Shown: positions 1-8,443 of the stretch, one piece after another
Position numbering within the stretch: position 1 is the first letter of the stretch
How the letters are laid out: each line of letters starts with the position of its first letter
Assembly (NCBI GenBank): GCA_964651965.1
Contig: CAZYZS010000009.1
Coordinates: forward strand, 1-50,381
Reading direction: 5' to 3'
Length of the DNA: 50,381 bases
Source: Candidatus Woesearchaeota archaeon
Lineage (GTDB): Archaea; Nanobdellota; Nanobdellia; Pacearchaeales; GW2011-AR1
Notes under the pieces: model-generated
What the model saw: only the letters and a program-made list of their open reading frames with translations
What the model was told of the DNA's origin: nothing
Database searches by the model: none
Position numbers and translations under genes: made by a program

Positions 1-230
1 GGAGGGTAACAAAGCTGAGAAAGTATAAAGGTAGCTTCTTAGGGGAAATTGAGCAAACCCTCGAGTCTGCACTTTTTTATTTTCTCATGCTATATAAACA
101 AAACAGGGGGATCAAGTAGCTAAGTAACTTTTATATACTATTAATTCCATACTTAAATAGAAAGAGGTCGAGCATTTTCAATTGAGTAACTTAAAATAGC
201 TATTAGAATTGAAAGTGCGAGAAAGAAAAA

Positions 231-818
231 GTGAGAAGTAAAAAAGCACAATTCTATCTTATAGCTGCGATAATTATAATTGGTATTATAATTATATTAT
301 CTAGTGTAACTAACTATATTGTAACTAAGAAAAAACCAGTAAAGATGTATGATTTAGGTGAAGAATTTAAAGAAGAAGGTACAAGGGTGGTTGATTATGG
401 GTTATACGACAGCAATCCTGCTGAAACAAGAGATACAGTAAAGCTTATGGAGGCTTTAATGAGTAATTTCTCAGTATATTCTGAAGAAAAAGAAAAAGGC
501 AGCGAGCTAGTTTTTGTTTTTGGAAACTCCACAAATTTAACATCTGTAACTTATACTTCACAAAATACAGGGACAGTTAAACTAACTGTACCTGGCTCTC
601 CTTCGGGATATGAAGTTCCAGCAGCTACTATTAAGAAACCGACTGTCAACTCGACTGACCCTAGCTTGATAATACCGCCTCCGCCTTTTGACCAGGTTCA
701 GGTGAAGATTCTCGACCAAACTTATGAATTTGAACTTCACGAGGGAGAAAACTTCTTTTTCGTCATAGCCAAGAATGTAACAGACACAAATGAAATGTAT
801 ATAACTAAAAAAACATAA
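231..818 (+). CDS. Membrane-anchored / prepilin-like protein of unknown function
   Basis: GTG-initiated ORF. The N-terminus MRSKKAQFYLIAAIIIIGIIIILSS is a short basic stretch followed by a ~20 aa hydrophobic helix, resembling a class III signal/anchor. It is the first gene of the co-oriented pilus-like cluster. No recognisable globular domain. Confidence 0.4.
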   Translation: MRSKKAQFYLIAAIIIIGIIIILSSVTNYIVTKKKPVKMYDLGEEFKEEGTRVVDYGLYDSNPAETRDTVKLMEALMSNFSVYSEEKEKGSELVFVFGNSTNLTSVTYTSQNTGTVKLTVPGSPSGYEVPAATIKKPTVNSTDPSLIIPPPPFDQVQVKILDQTYEFELHEGENFFFVIAKNVTDTNEMYITKKT

Positions 819-820
819 AG

Positions 821-835
821 GAAAGATTTAAATTC
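821..835 (+). promoter_or_regulatory. BRE/TATA-like box upstream of the 858 gene
   Basis: gaaagATTTAAATtc ends about 25 nt before the ATG at 858. This spacing fits an archaeal TATA box driving a leaderless or near-leaderless mRNA. Confidence 0.35.
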
Positions 836-857
836 ACTAAAAAACTAGTAAATAAAA

Positions 858-1400
858 ATGAGGTTGGAAAAAATAAGCAAGAACAAGAAAGCATTAAGTG
901 AAATAATTTCTTATGCTCTCTTAATTTTAATAGCAATTGTAATCGCAACTGCGGTTTTTGTTTGGGTCTGGAAGCTAGTTGATAAACCCGAGCCGGAAAA
1001 ATGCCCTGACGGAGTTTCGGTTGTAATAAGAAATTTTAGATGCCCTCCTATGGCTGGTGCTGCAGCTGGAACCATAGAACTGACTCTTGCTAATCAGGGG
1101 CGGTTCAACATAAGCGGATTTGTAGTCAAAGGAAGCAATAATCCTAGTATAAAAGCAGCAATTAGCCTAAATCCCAATGATCTGCCAGCTAAATTAATAA
1201 AAGAACCAACTCTTAACGATCTTAACATATTAACCACAAAAGACTTAGGTCCTGGAGACGAGGACTCTTATAAGTTTAGCTACAGCATGCTTACACCCCA
1301 GAGCCTTAGTAAAATATCAGTCGTTGCAATAAGAAATCAATCTGAAGAATGGATAATTTGCACAACTTCACTTGTAGGGCAGGATGTGTCATGCAGCTAA
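858..1400 (+). CDS. Putative archaeal type IV prepilin-like protein
   Basis: The N-terminus ...KNKKALSEIISYALLILIAIVIATAVFVWVW has basic residues, a small residue, then a hydrophobic helix (class III signal-like). It shares the KKALSE junction with the ORF at 2533. It lies in the pilus cluster. Confidence 0.5.
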   Translation: MRLEKISKNKKALSEIISYALLILIAIVIATAVFVWVWKLVDKPEPEKCPDGVSVVIRNFRCPPMAGAAAGTIELTLANQGRFNISGFVVKGSNNPSIKAAISLNPNDLPAKLIKEPTLNDLNILTTKDLGPGDEDSYKFSYSMLTPQSLSKISVVAIRNQSEEWIICTTSLVGQDVSCS

Positions 1401-1401
1401 A

Positions 1402-1417
1402 GAAAAGTATTTAAATC
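1402..1417 (+). promoter_or_regulatory. BRE/TATA-like box upstream of the 1440 pilin gene
   Basis: gaaaagTATTTAAATca; the TATA starts about 32 nt upstream of the ATG at 1440, which suggests a leaderless transcript. Confidence 0.4.
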
Positions 1418-1439
1418 ATACTAAATAAAATATTATAAA

Positions 1440-1940
1440 ATGAGAATAAATAAAAGAGGTTTATCGCCGGTAATAACAACCGTCTTGCTTATACTTATTG
1501 CAGTTGTACTTGCAATAATAATACTTTTGTGGGCAAGAGGATGGATTAAACAGGCCATAACAAAAGACGACAGACCTATTGAAAATGTGTGCAGGGAGGT
1601 TAGCTTCGAAGTGGGTCCTGTGCCTCATGCACAACCTCTTCTAGATGAGATTATAGTTTCAAATACAGGCAATATAGATATTTATTCGTTTAGCATAGAA
1701 ATAGAAACTCCAGGAAAAACAGAAGTTTTAGAAAGAAGAGCGCAGGATATTTTGACAGGAATTGAAATAACCTCTGGACTTGGAAAGGGCGCCTCTGGAA
1801 AGTTCAGCGTGGATTTTGAGCTTACAGAAGCAGGAAAAGTAGAAAGAGTGACAGTAAAACCTGTTTTAGAGGGGATGAGAGGGGAAGTAAAGGAGAGATA
1901 TGTTTGTGCTAATCATCCAGGAGTAGAATTGGAGATATAA
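1440..1940 (+). CDS. Archaeal type IV pilin (Pilin_N / archaeal flagellin N-terminal-like domain)
   Basis: The N-terminus MRINKRGLSPVITTVLLILIAVVLAIIILLWA matches the canonical K/R-G-x-SPVI-x-T-x-LL archaeal prepilin motif (PF07790/TIGR02537 type, recalled from memory). Confidence 0.75.
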   Translation: MRINKRGLSPVITTVLLILIAVVLAIIILLWARGWIKQAITKDDRPIENVCREVSFEVGPVPHAQPLLDEIIVSNTGNIDIYSFSIEIETPGKTEVLERRAQDILTGIEITSGLGKGASGKFSVDFELTEAGKVERVTVKPVLEGMRGEVKERYVCANHPGVELEI

Positions 1941-1948
1941 TACTTAAA

Positions 1949-2512
1949 ATGGTAAATAAAAAAGCAATTTCGCCGGTAATAACAACTATTTTGTTAGTAA
2001 TGATTTCGCTTGCAGCAGTTGCGATTGTAGCCAGCTTTGTGATTCCTTATGTACAGAGTATACTCACAAAAGGAGATTGCGCTAAAGCATTGGGTCAGAT
2101 AGATATAGACACTTCTTCAAAGTACACTTGTTATCAGGTATTTGCTGGTAATGATGCTGGTTTTGGGACTGCAGACGACTATACAAGAGTTAATGTAAGT
2201 GTTAAAAGAGGTGCAGAAGCACTGGGTATAGAGCAGTTTGTAATAAATGTCTATGGTGAAGGGAGAAGCGAAAAGTTTGATATAAAAGTAGCGACTCCAT
2301 TAAGCGCAAACGAGAGAATACTGATGTATGGTTCGAATACTCCCCCTCAAACAATCGAGATTCCAGAGAGAAGAGAAATGGTAACTTACTCGCTTAACAC
2401 TGCCAACGATAACAACAACTTAACAGAAGTTACTTCAATGGAGATTGCTCCTGTAGTAAAGGGCAACATCTTTTGTGATGCAGCAGACAGGAAGACTATA
2501 GAAGCGTGTTAG
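1949..2512 (+). CDS. Archaeal type IV pilin (Pilin_N type), paralogue of 1440..1940
   Basis: The N-terminus MVNKKAISPVITTILLVMISLAAVAIVASF carries the same SPVITT..LL motif. It starts 8 nt after the previous pilin gene. Confidence 0.75.
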   Translation: MVNKKAISPVITTILLVMISLAAVAIVASFVIPYVQSILTKGDCAKALGQIDIDTSSKYTCYQVFAGNDAGFGTADDYTRVNVSVKRGAEALGIEQFVINVYGEGRSEKFDIKVATPLSANERILMYGSNTPPQTIEIPERREMVTYSLNTANDNNNLTEVTSMEIAPVVKGNIFCDAADRKTIEAC

Positions 2513-2532
2513 GTATCTCTAAAATATTGGCG

Positions 2533-3120
2533 ATGAAAATGGAAAAGAAAGCTTTATCCGAGGAAAGATCAGGTCAGATATGGGTAGAGACAGTCATCTA
2601 TACACTGATAGGTCTTACAATAATAGCAGCAATACTCGCTATATCCGCTCCTGCAATTGACAGATATAAAGACCAGCTGGTTGTGGAGCAGACATTATCT
2701 GTAATGAATGGCTTTGACAAGACCATAAAAGAGGTAAGAGATGCGGGCTCTGGAAACAGAAGAATTATACCCGAATTAATGATTAAAAAAGGCAGAATAG
2801 AAATAAACGCTTCTGCTGAAGAAATAACTTATATCCTTGAGAAGACGAGATTAGAGTACAGCGAGCCCGGAAGCTATGTAGAGCAAGGAAGCATGAATAT
2901 TTCTACAGAGAAATTGAAAAGTGGCAGGTTCTATAATATAAACATAACCCTCGCCTATCCTGGCCTTAACATCACCAATGGAAATACCGACAAGAAAAAA
3001 GTGCTTACTGCTGCATCTGTGCCTTATCGGCTCGCGGTCCAGAACAATGGAACTACTGACCCAGATCCTGCAGTAATCGGAGATGACCAAATCTGGATAG
3101 TTATAGAAGAACTTTCATAA
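2533..3120 (+). CDS. Prepilin-like protein
   Basis: The ORF track starts at GTG 2506. ATG 2533 or 2539 gives MKMEKKALSEERSGQIWVETVIYTLIGLTIIAAILAISAP, with the KKALSE junction and a hydrophobic helix. The start codon is uncertain. Confidence 0.45.
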   Translation: MKMEKKALSEERSGQIWVETVIYTLIGLTIIAAILAISAPAIDRYKDQLVVEQTLSVMNGFDKTIKEVRDAGSGNRRIIPELMIKKGRIEINASAEEITYILEKTRLEYSEPGSYVEQGSMNISTEKLKSGRFYNINITLAYPGLNITNGNTDKKKVLTAASVPYRLAVQNNGTTDPDPAVIGDDQIWIVIEELS

Positions 3121-3182
3121 GAAATATTTATAAACCATGTTATCTTTTAAAAAGAGAAAAAATAAAAAAGAGGAAAATAAAA

Positions 3183-4724
3183 ATGGCAACGGCACCTAAA
3201 GAAAAAATAGTGATTGATTTATCTCCGAACATTCCTGCACTACCAAGGCCTAAAGATAAGACCAAGATAGATGTAAGATACATGCTTATTTCTCCCTATG
3301 CTTCTGCTCATGTATATTTTGATAAGAAGAGATTAGAACTTGCGTACGAGATAGAAGAGCCCTTGCTGGATGCGCAAGAAAAAGCAACGTTAGACGAGAT
3401 AGAAGGGGCTATGAAAGAGGTAGTTAATGTCAATGTTCTAATAGAAAAATCAAGAAAAGGGTTGATAGAATATATTGACAAAACAGCAAGACTTCTCATC
3501 TCAGAACTGGACTTGAAGGTCTCTGAAGCTACGTACAAAAAAATGTTCTATTATTTTTTCAGGGATTTTATGGGCCTAAATGAAATAGAACCAATAAGCA
3601 GAGATTATTTCATTGAGGATATAGAGTGCAATGGAGTCGGAACGCCTATTTATGTCATTCACAGGATTTACAGAAACTTAAGGACAAATATTGTCTATAA
3701 AGACATGGACTACCTTGCAAGTTTTGTAGAAAAGCTGGCGCAGAGATGCGGCAAATATATTAGCTATGCAAATCCTCTTCTTGATGGTAGCTTGCCAGAC
3801 GGAAGCAGAGTAAATGCCACTTATACTAAAGATGTTACATCAAGAGGACCTACCTTCACAATAAGAAAATTCACGAAGATTCCTTGGACGCCTATCCAGC
3901 TTATAGCTCTTAATACTTTAAGCCCTGAAATGCTTGCCTACATGTGGATTTTGTGCCAGTACAAGTCAAACTTATTGATTACAGGAGGTACAGCTTCGGG
4001 TAAAACAACATTGTTGAATGCAATTGCTTTTTTCATTCCTCCTTCCTGCAGAGTTGTAAGCATAGAGGATACACGAGAGATAAACCTATCCAGGGAGAAC
4101 TGGCTTCCTTCTGTTGCCAGGACAGCCATAGGAATGGGGCAGGTTGGAGAAGTTGATTTATTCGCTTTACTGAAAAATTCTTTCAGGCAGAATCCGGACT
4201 ATGTCATTGTTGGGGAAGTAAGAGGAAAAGAGGCCTTTGTATTATTCCAGGGAATGGCTTCTGGGCATGCATCCATTTCAACGATTCATGCGGACTCTGT
4301 AGACACAGTTATAAAAAGGCTGGAAACACCTCCAATCGATCTCTCACCAACGCTTGTGAATACGCTCGATTCAGTTTGCATTATGACCCATGCGGTTGTT
4401 AAAAAGCAGGAAACAAGAAGGTTAAGGGAAATTGTAGAGATAGTCAATGTCACTCCTGAAGGCATCGCCTTGACGAACAAGCCTTTTATATGGAATCCTC
4501 GAGATGACAGATTTTACTTTAAAAAAGACAGCAAGGTTTTTGAAAAAATAGCGGCTAAATACGGCTTGACAATGGAGGAACTAATGGAGGAGTTTACAAG
4601 AAGATCCAAACTCCTTTATGAGCTATATAAGAGAAAAATATTTGGCTTTGAAGATGTTCAAAAAACAATAAACGAATATTATAGAGACCCATTAACTGTT
4701 CTCAAGAAGTTTGGTATAAAGTAA
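3183..4724 (+). CDS. Type IV pilus/archaellum assembly ATPase (FlaI/PilB/VirB11-like secretion ATPase)
   Basis: Walker A in LLITGGTASGKTTLLNAI; Walker B/Asp-box region NPDYVIVGEVRGKEA; His-box GHASISTIHA. Length 513 aa. AAGAGGAAA Shine-Dalgarno-like sequence upstream. Confidence 0.9.
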   Translation: MATAPKEKIVIDLSPNIPALPRPKDKTKIDVRYMLISPYASAHVYFDKKRLELAYEIEEPLLDAQEKATLDEIEGAMKEVVNVNVLIEKSRKGLIEYIDKTARLLISELDLKVSEATYKKMFYYFFRDFMGLNEIEPISRDYFIEDIECNGVGTPIYVIHRIYRNLRTNIVYKDMDYLASFVEKLAQRCGKYISYANPLLDGSLPDGSRVNATYTKDVTSRGPTFTIRKFTKIPWTPIQLIALNTLSPEMLAYMWILCQYKSNLLITGGTASGKTTLLNAIAFFIPPSCRVVSIEDTREINLSRENWLPSVARTAIGMGQVGEVDLFALLKNSFRQNPDYVIVGEVRGKEAFVLFQGMASGHASISTIHADSVDTVIKRLETPPIDLSPTLVNTLDSVCIMTHAVVKKQETRRLREIVEIVNVTPEGIALTNKPFIWNPRDDRFYFKKDSKVFEKIAAKYGLTMEELMEEFTRRSKLLYELYKRKIFGFEDVQKTINEYYRDPLTVLKKFGIK

Positions 4725-4785
4725 TCTCTGTCAAAAGTAATATTTATATAGTATATTTATTTGATTACTTTATAAAAGAGGAAAA

Positions 4786-4953
4786 ATGATAAGTCAAGAA
4801 AAGCTAGATGATATCTCCCAGATAGTCAATAGCATGGAACAGGGCATTCTAAAACTCGAAAAAGCATTTAGAAAGAAAGATAACGAAGAGTTTGAGAGCG
4901 CTAAAAGAGCAATTCTTGAGTTGCAAAAAAAACTTTTTGAAGAACTAAAATGA
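4786..4953 (+). CDS. 55-aa helical protein, translationally coupled to the platform gene
   Basis: Not in the ORF track because it is under 60 aa. My translation is MISQEKLDDISQIVNSMEQGILKLEKAFRKKDNEEFESAKRAILELQKKLFEELK. It is preceded by AAGAGGAAAA, and its TGA overlaps the ATG of the next gene (ATGA at 4950-4953). Confidence 0.4.
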   Translation: MISQEKLDDISQIVNSMEQGILKLEKAFRKKDNEEFESAKRAILELQKKLFEELK

Positions 4954-6326
4954 GCGACGAAAAGATAACTAGCAATGTAGAAGCGCTTAAGGAAAATATT
5001 AAGCATGAAAGGGATATCCTAAAGGAGCTGTCTTCTATAATAGGCCACTTGGGCACAGTTAAAGACTTAGAAAAATCTGGATATAAAATCGACCAGGAAG
5101 AAAGAAAACTGCTAGAAAACACTGTTAAATCCTTAACGTCTCAGCTAAATATAATAAATGATTCTACTCCTGACTTAGTTAAAACACTTTCTCTCTTCAA
5201 GGAAGTTCCATCTAAAAAACCAGAGGGCGCAAAACAAGATTTAGTAAGCTTCAAGTATAACTCTCCTGTAACAGAAGCTGACCGAACAATGGTCACTGTC
5301 AAGAAATCACAAAAAGGAAAGTTCATCAAAGAGCTGAGCCTTACAGACACTACTATAAACAAGCTCAAGAAAAAATATAACTTTCTTGATCAGAGCAAAA
5401 AAGAAGAACAATTTAAAAAACCCAGCCTTTATGCAAAAATTTCAAATAAATTATTTTCTGAATTGTCCAGAAAACTCGTTAAAAAAGGATATTTTATCGA
5501 TTTAAATAAAGAGTTAAAAAAGGCAAACATGCCATTTTTGTCGCATACTTACATCTCAATGGCCTTTTTTACAGCTCTAATTTCTCTCTTTGTTGCGCTC
5601 TTACTTCTAATAATCCTCCTTTTTTTCAGCTTAAATCCTCTGAGTTTTTTTGAGATTGTAGAAGAATCTATCCTGATTAGGTTTTTGAAATTTTTCTGGA
5701 TAGTTATAGCAATACCTATAGCTACTTTTTTTCTGCTTGCCTACTATCCATCAGTTGAAAAGAAAGCAATAGAGAGAAAAATAAACCAAGAACTTCCGTT
5801 TGTCACGATTCATATGGCGGCTATAGCAGGAAGCAACGTAGAACCAACCAACATATTCTCCATAATTGCCGCAGGACAAGAGTACCCTTATACAAGAAAG
5901 GAGATCAAGAAAGTCCTTAACCAAATAAATCTTTATGGATACGACCTAGTAAGCGCACTAAGGGCGAGTGCGAGCTTCACTGCAAGTGCCAAACTCTCTG
6001 AATTATTTAGCGGATTTGCTACAACAATCACCTCCGGAGGAAATTTAGAGGCTTTTTTGGCCAAAAGGGCAGACACCTTAATATTTGATTATAAGACTGA
6101 TAGCGAGAAGGCTATAAGAAGCGCCGAGACATTTATGGACATATACATCAGCGTTGTTATCGCAGCGCCTATGATTTTGACATTGCTATTAGTGATGATG
6201 AGCATAAGCCCAGCATTAAGCTTCGGCTTTGAACCCGAAGCTATGAACATGTTGATACTACTGGCAGTAGCCCTTATAAATATAGTCTTTCTTGTATTTT
6301 TACATCTAAGACAACAGAACGTATAA
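4950..6326 (+). CDS. Pilus platform membrane protein, FlaJ/TadC-like (one T2SS-F domain) with a long N-terminal cytoplasmic extension
   Basis: About 190 aa of hydrophilic, coiled-coil-like N-terminus, then TM helices and a GspF/T2SSF-like segment (ELPFVTIHMAAIAGSNVEP...LYGYDLVSALRA...TSGGNLEAFL). It directly follows the ATPase. Confidence 0.8.
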   Translation: MSDEKITSNVEALKENIKHERDILKELSSIIGHLGTVKDLEKSGYKIDQEERKLLENTVKSLTSQLNIINDSTPDLVKTLSLFKEVPSKKPEGAKQDLVSFKYNSPVTEADRTMVTVKKSQKGKFIKELSLTDTTINKLKKKYNFLDQSKKEEQFKKPSLYAKISNKLFSELSRKLVKKGYFIDLNKELKKANMPFLSHTYISMAFFTALISLFVALLLLIILLFFSLNPLSFFEIVEESILIRFLKFFWIVIAIPIATFFLLAYYPSVEKKAIERKINQELPFVTIHMAAIAGSNVEPTNIFSIIAAGQEYPYTRKEIKKVLNQINLYGYDLVSALRASASFTASAKLSELFSGFATTITSGGNLEAFLAKRADTLIFDYKTDSEKAIRSAETFMDIYISVVIAAPMILTLLLVMMSISPALSFGFEPEAMNMLILLAVALINIVFLVFLHLRQQNV

Positions 6327-6328
6327 AA

Positions 6329-7186
6329 ATGAAGATAAAAAAGATACATATTATCGGAATAGTCGCTTCATTAGCTGGAATTTTATTCAGCCTCCTTGCT
6401 CTAAGGGATCAAAGCATTTTCTATTTTTCTCTAGGTATTTGTGTTATTATAGGCATTTTGCCTTTTGTCACAACTGTAATCATTGAAACAGAAAGGGACA
6501 AAGACAGGGAGAATATGTTCTTGGAATTTTCGCGAAATCTTGTAGAGTCTGTCAAAGCTGGAACTCCGATAAGCAAGAGTATACTCAACTTAAAGGGAAA
6601 AGATTACGGCTCTTTAACCCCCCATGTCGAAAAATTATCTAATCAGATTGCACTTGGCATACCTGTTAAAGATGCACTTGGGATATTTGCTAAAGATATA
6701 GACAACAGAACGATAGCTAGAGCAGTTACGTTAATAATCGAAGCAGAACGTGCTGGCGGGGAAATAGGAAATATCCTAGAAAACGTGGCTAAGTCAGTTA
6801 GCCAGACAGATAAACTAAAGAAAGAGAGAAAAGCCGCAATTTACACTCTTGTAGTTCAAGGTTATATAATCTTTTTAATATTTATAGTAATAATGCTGGT
6901 TATGCAGTTCAAGATACTTCCTATGCTTACGGTCTTTCAAGGCATGGAAGGCAGCGAGGGAAGCTCCGGTATGGGGGATATTGGAGGACTGAGCCTTGGA
7001 GGGGGGGTGGATGTAGAAAAGCTGGCGCAACCATTCTTATACTTGTTGCTAGTCCAGGGATTTTTTGTAGGATTAACTATTGGAAAACTTGCGGAGGGAA
7101 GCATAAAAGCAGGTATAAAACACTCGTTCATTCTTGTTTGTATGGCCTGGCTTATTTCAACAGGAGCCAAAGCTTTTTACGGTTAA
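6329..7186 (+). CDS. Second pilus platform membrane protein, FlaJ/TadB-like (one T2SS-F domain)
   Basis: TM helices plus a T2SSF-like segment (FSRNLVESVKAGTPISKSI...GIPVKDAL...IIEAERAGGEIGNILENVA). It starts 2 nt after the previous gene. Gly-rich loop GSEGSSGMGDIGGLSLGGG. Confidence 0.75.
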   Translation: MKIKKIHIIGIVASLAGILFSLLALRDQSIFYFSLGICVIIGILPFVTTVIIETERDKDRENMFLEFSRNLVESVKAGTPISKSILNLKGKDYGSLTPHVEKLSNQIALGIPVKDALGIFAKDIDNRTIARAVTLIIEAERAGGEIGNILENVAKSVSQTDKLKKERKAAIYTLVVQGYIIFLIFIVIMLVMQFKILPMLTVFQGMEGSEGSSGMGDIGGLSLGGGVDVEKLAQPFLYLLLVQGFFVGLTIGKLAEGSIKAGIKHSFILVCMAWLISTGAKAFYG

Positions 7187-7188
7187 AA

Positions 7189-7995
7189 ATGTACAGTAAA
7201 AAAGGAGTATCCGGACACATTGAAGTTATCATTTCCTTCTTGATTTTTTTAGCTTTTGTCTCCTTTCTGCTCTTTTTTGTTAATCCAATTGAAGAAAACA
7301 AAGAAACAACACATTATCTTGAGGCAACTGAACAGGCAATTATAGAATACGTGGAAGCAAATGTAACCTCTTTTTCTGTTACTATACTAAATGACGCCTT
7401 GCTACAACAGCTAGGAGGGGTAGCTGGAGGGAGGGAGTGCTTTTGTTTTCCTTATGATACTAATAGTTTTCCTGCTGCTTATAGACTGGCTCCAATAAAT
7501 GAAGGGGGAAGCAGAGCCAAGTCAAAAATATTTCCAGCAGCCAGTAAGATATGCATTAGGCCGACTATGGATGCTGCATTGAAAAGAGATAAATTCTACA
7601 GGCTGCGTTTCTCAGATGAAATTGTAGAAGATGATGCTATATGCACTGGGCTACAGGACCCGTTGGGCAAAGATATGAACCTTGCTGCAAACGAATACCG
7701 GCTCGGAGTAAGAAATGAATATATGCTAGTCTCTGATAATAACATTACGATTCTTCAAGCCGCATATGGTCCTCCTGGTGGCGGGGTATCTTATGATAAT
7801 TTAAAGACATCCTTAGGGTTGCAAGACGTTGATTTTAATCTAGTGATAAATAAAATGGACGGAACTAATATTGTCAACTTAAAGGCAAAAGAGCCGCCAA
7901 AAGCCAATATAATGGCTAAAAATATACCTATTGAAATTATAGATAATACAGGAGGGATAACTCCTGCGATTATGAACATACAAGTTTGGACGTAA
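7189..7995 (+). CDS. Prepilin-like protein
   Basis: The ORF track start at 7138 overlaps the previous gene. ATG 7189, 2 nt after that gene's stop, gives MYSKKGVSGHIEVIISFLIFLAFVSFLLFFV, a class III signal-like N-terminus. Confidence 0.5.
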   Translation: MYSKKGVSGHIEVIISFLIFLAFVSFLLFFVNPIEENKETTHYLEATEQAIIEYVEANVTSFSVTILNDALLQQLGGVAGGRECFCFPYDTNSFPAAYRLAPINEGGSRAKSKIFPAASKICIRPTMDAALKRDKFYRLRFSDEIVEDDAICTGLQDPLGKDMNLAANEYRLGVRNEYMLVSDNNITILQAAYGPPGGGVSYDNLKTSLGLQDVDFNLVINKMDGTNIVNLKAKEPPKANIMAKNIPIEIIDNTGGITPAIMNIQVWT

Positions 7996-7996
7996 A

Positions 7997-8434
7997 ATGA
8001 TGAACAAAAATAAAAAAGCATGGATTAGAGTTGTTGAAGCTACTATGGGCGTCTTGCTCGTGGCTTCGGTTCTTTTCGTTATGGTCGCAAGAGCTCCAAA
8101 AAGTTCGGAAAACAACATTTATGAAACCCAGCATTTTATTCTAGAACAAGTAAGCAAAAATGATGCGTTACGGGCGCAGATAGTTCAGTATGATACTTCG
8201 ATTGTCCCACAACCCGATCCACCCATTGTAGATGTAGATAATTTTATAAGGGGTATGATGCCTTCTCACCTATACTTTAAATTTAGAGTATGTGAAGTTG
8301 ATGCTGCATGCGGGATACTTAGTTACCCTGCTGGAACTGAAAAAAAGGAAATTTATGCTGACGAAATTTTAATAACTTCTACCCTTGATAAGTACAAGCC
8401 CAAGAAATTAAGGCTTTTTGTGTGGGAGAAATAA
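7997..8434 (+). CDS. Prepilin-like protein
   Basis: The N-terminus MMNKNKKAWIRVVEATMGVLLVASVLFVMV has a basic stretch, Ala, then a hydrophobic helix. It starts 1 nt after the previous gene. Confidence 0.5.
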   Translation: MMNKNKKAWIRVVEATMGVLLVASVLFVMVARAPKSSENNIYETQHFILEQVSKNDALRAQIVQYDTSIVPQPDPPIVDVDNFIRGMMPSHLYFKFRVCEVDAACGILSYPAGTEKKEIYADEILITSTLDKYKPKKLRLFVWEK

Positions 8435-8443
8435 TTTTTCTGC

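Noticed and set aside
1-230. Leading 230 nt as a possible RNA gene or gene fragment
   Set aside because: It has no convincing ORF, no tRNA-like arms and no C/D or H/ACA box pattern that I could see. It is probably an intergenic or promoter region, or the 3' UTR of an upstream gene.
231-8434. Archaellum (fla) operon
   Set aside because: There is no FlaH/KaiC-like ATPase, FlaF/FlaG, FlaX/CDE or archaellin-type structural gene. The structural genes are short pilin-like proteins, so I call it a pilus-type locus.
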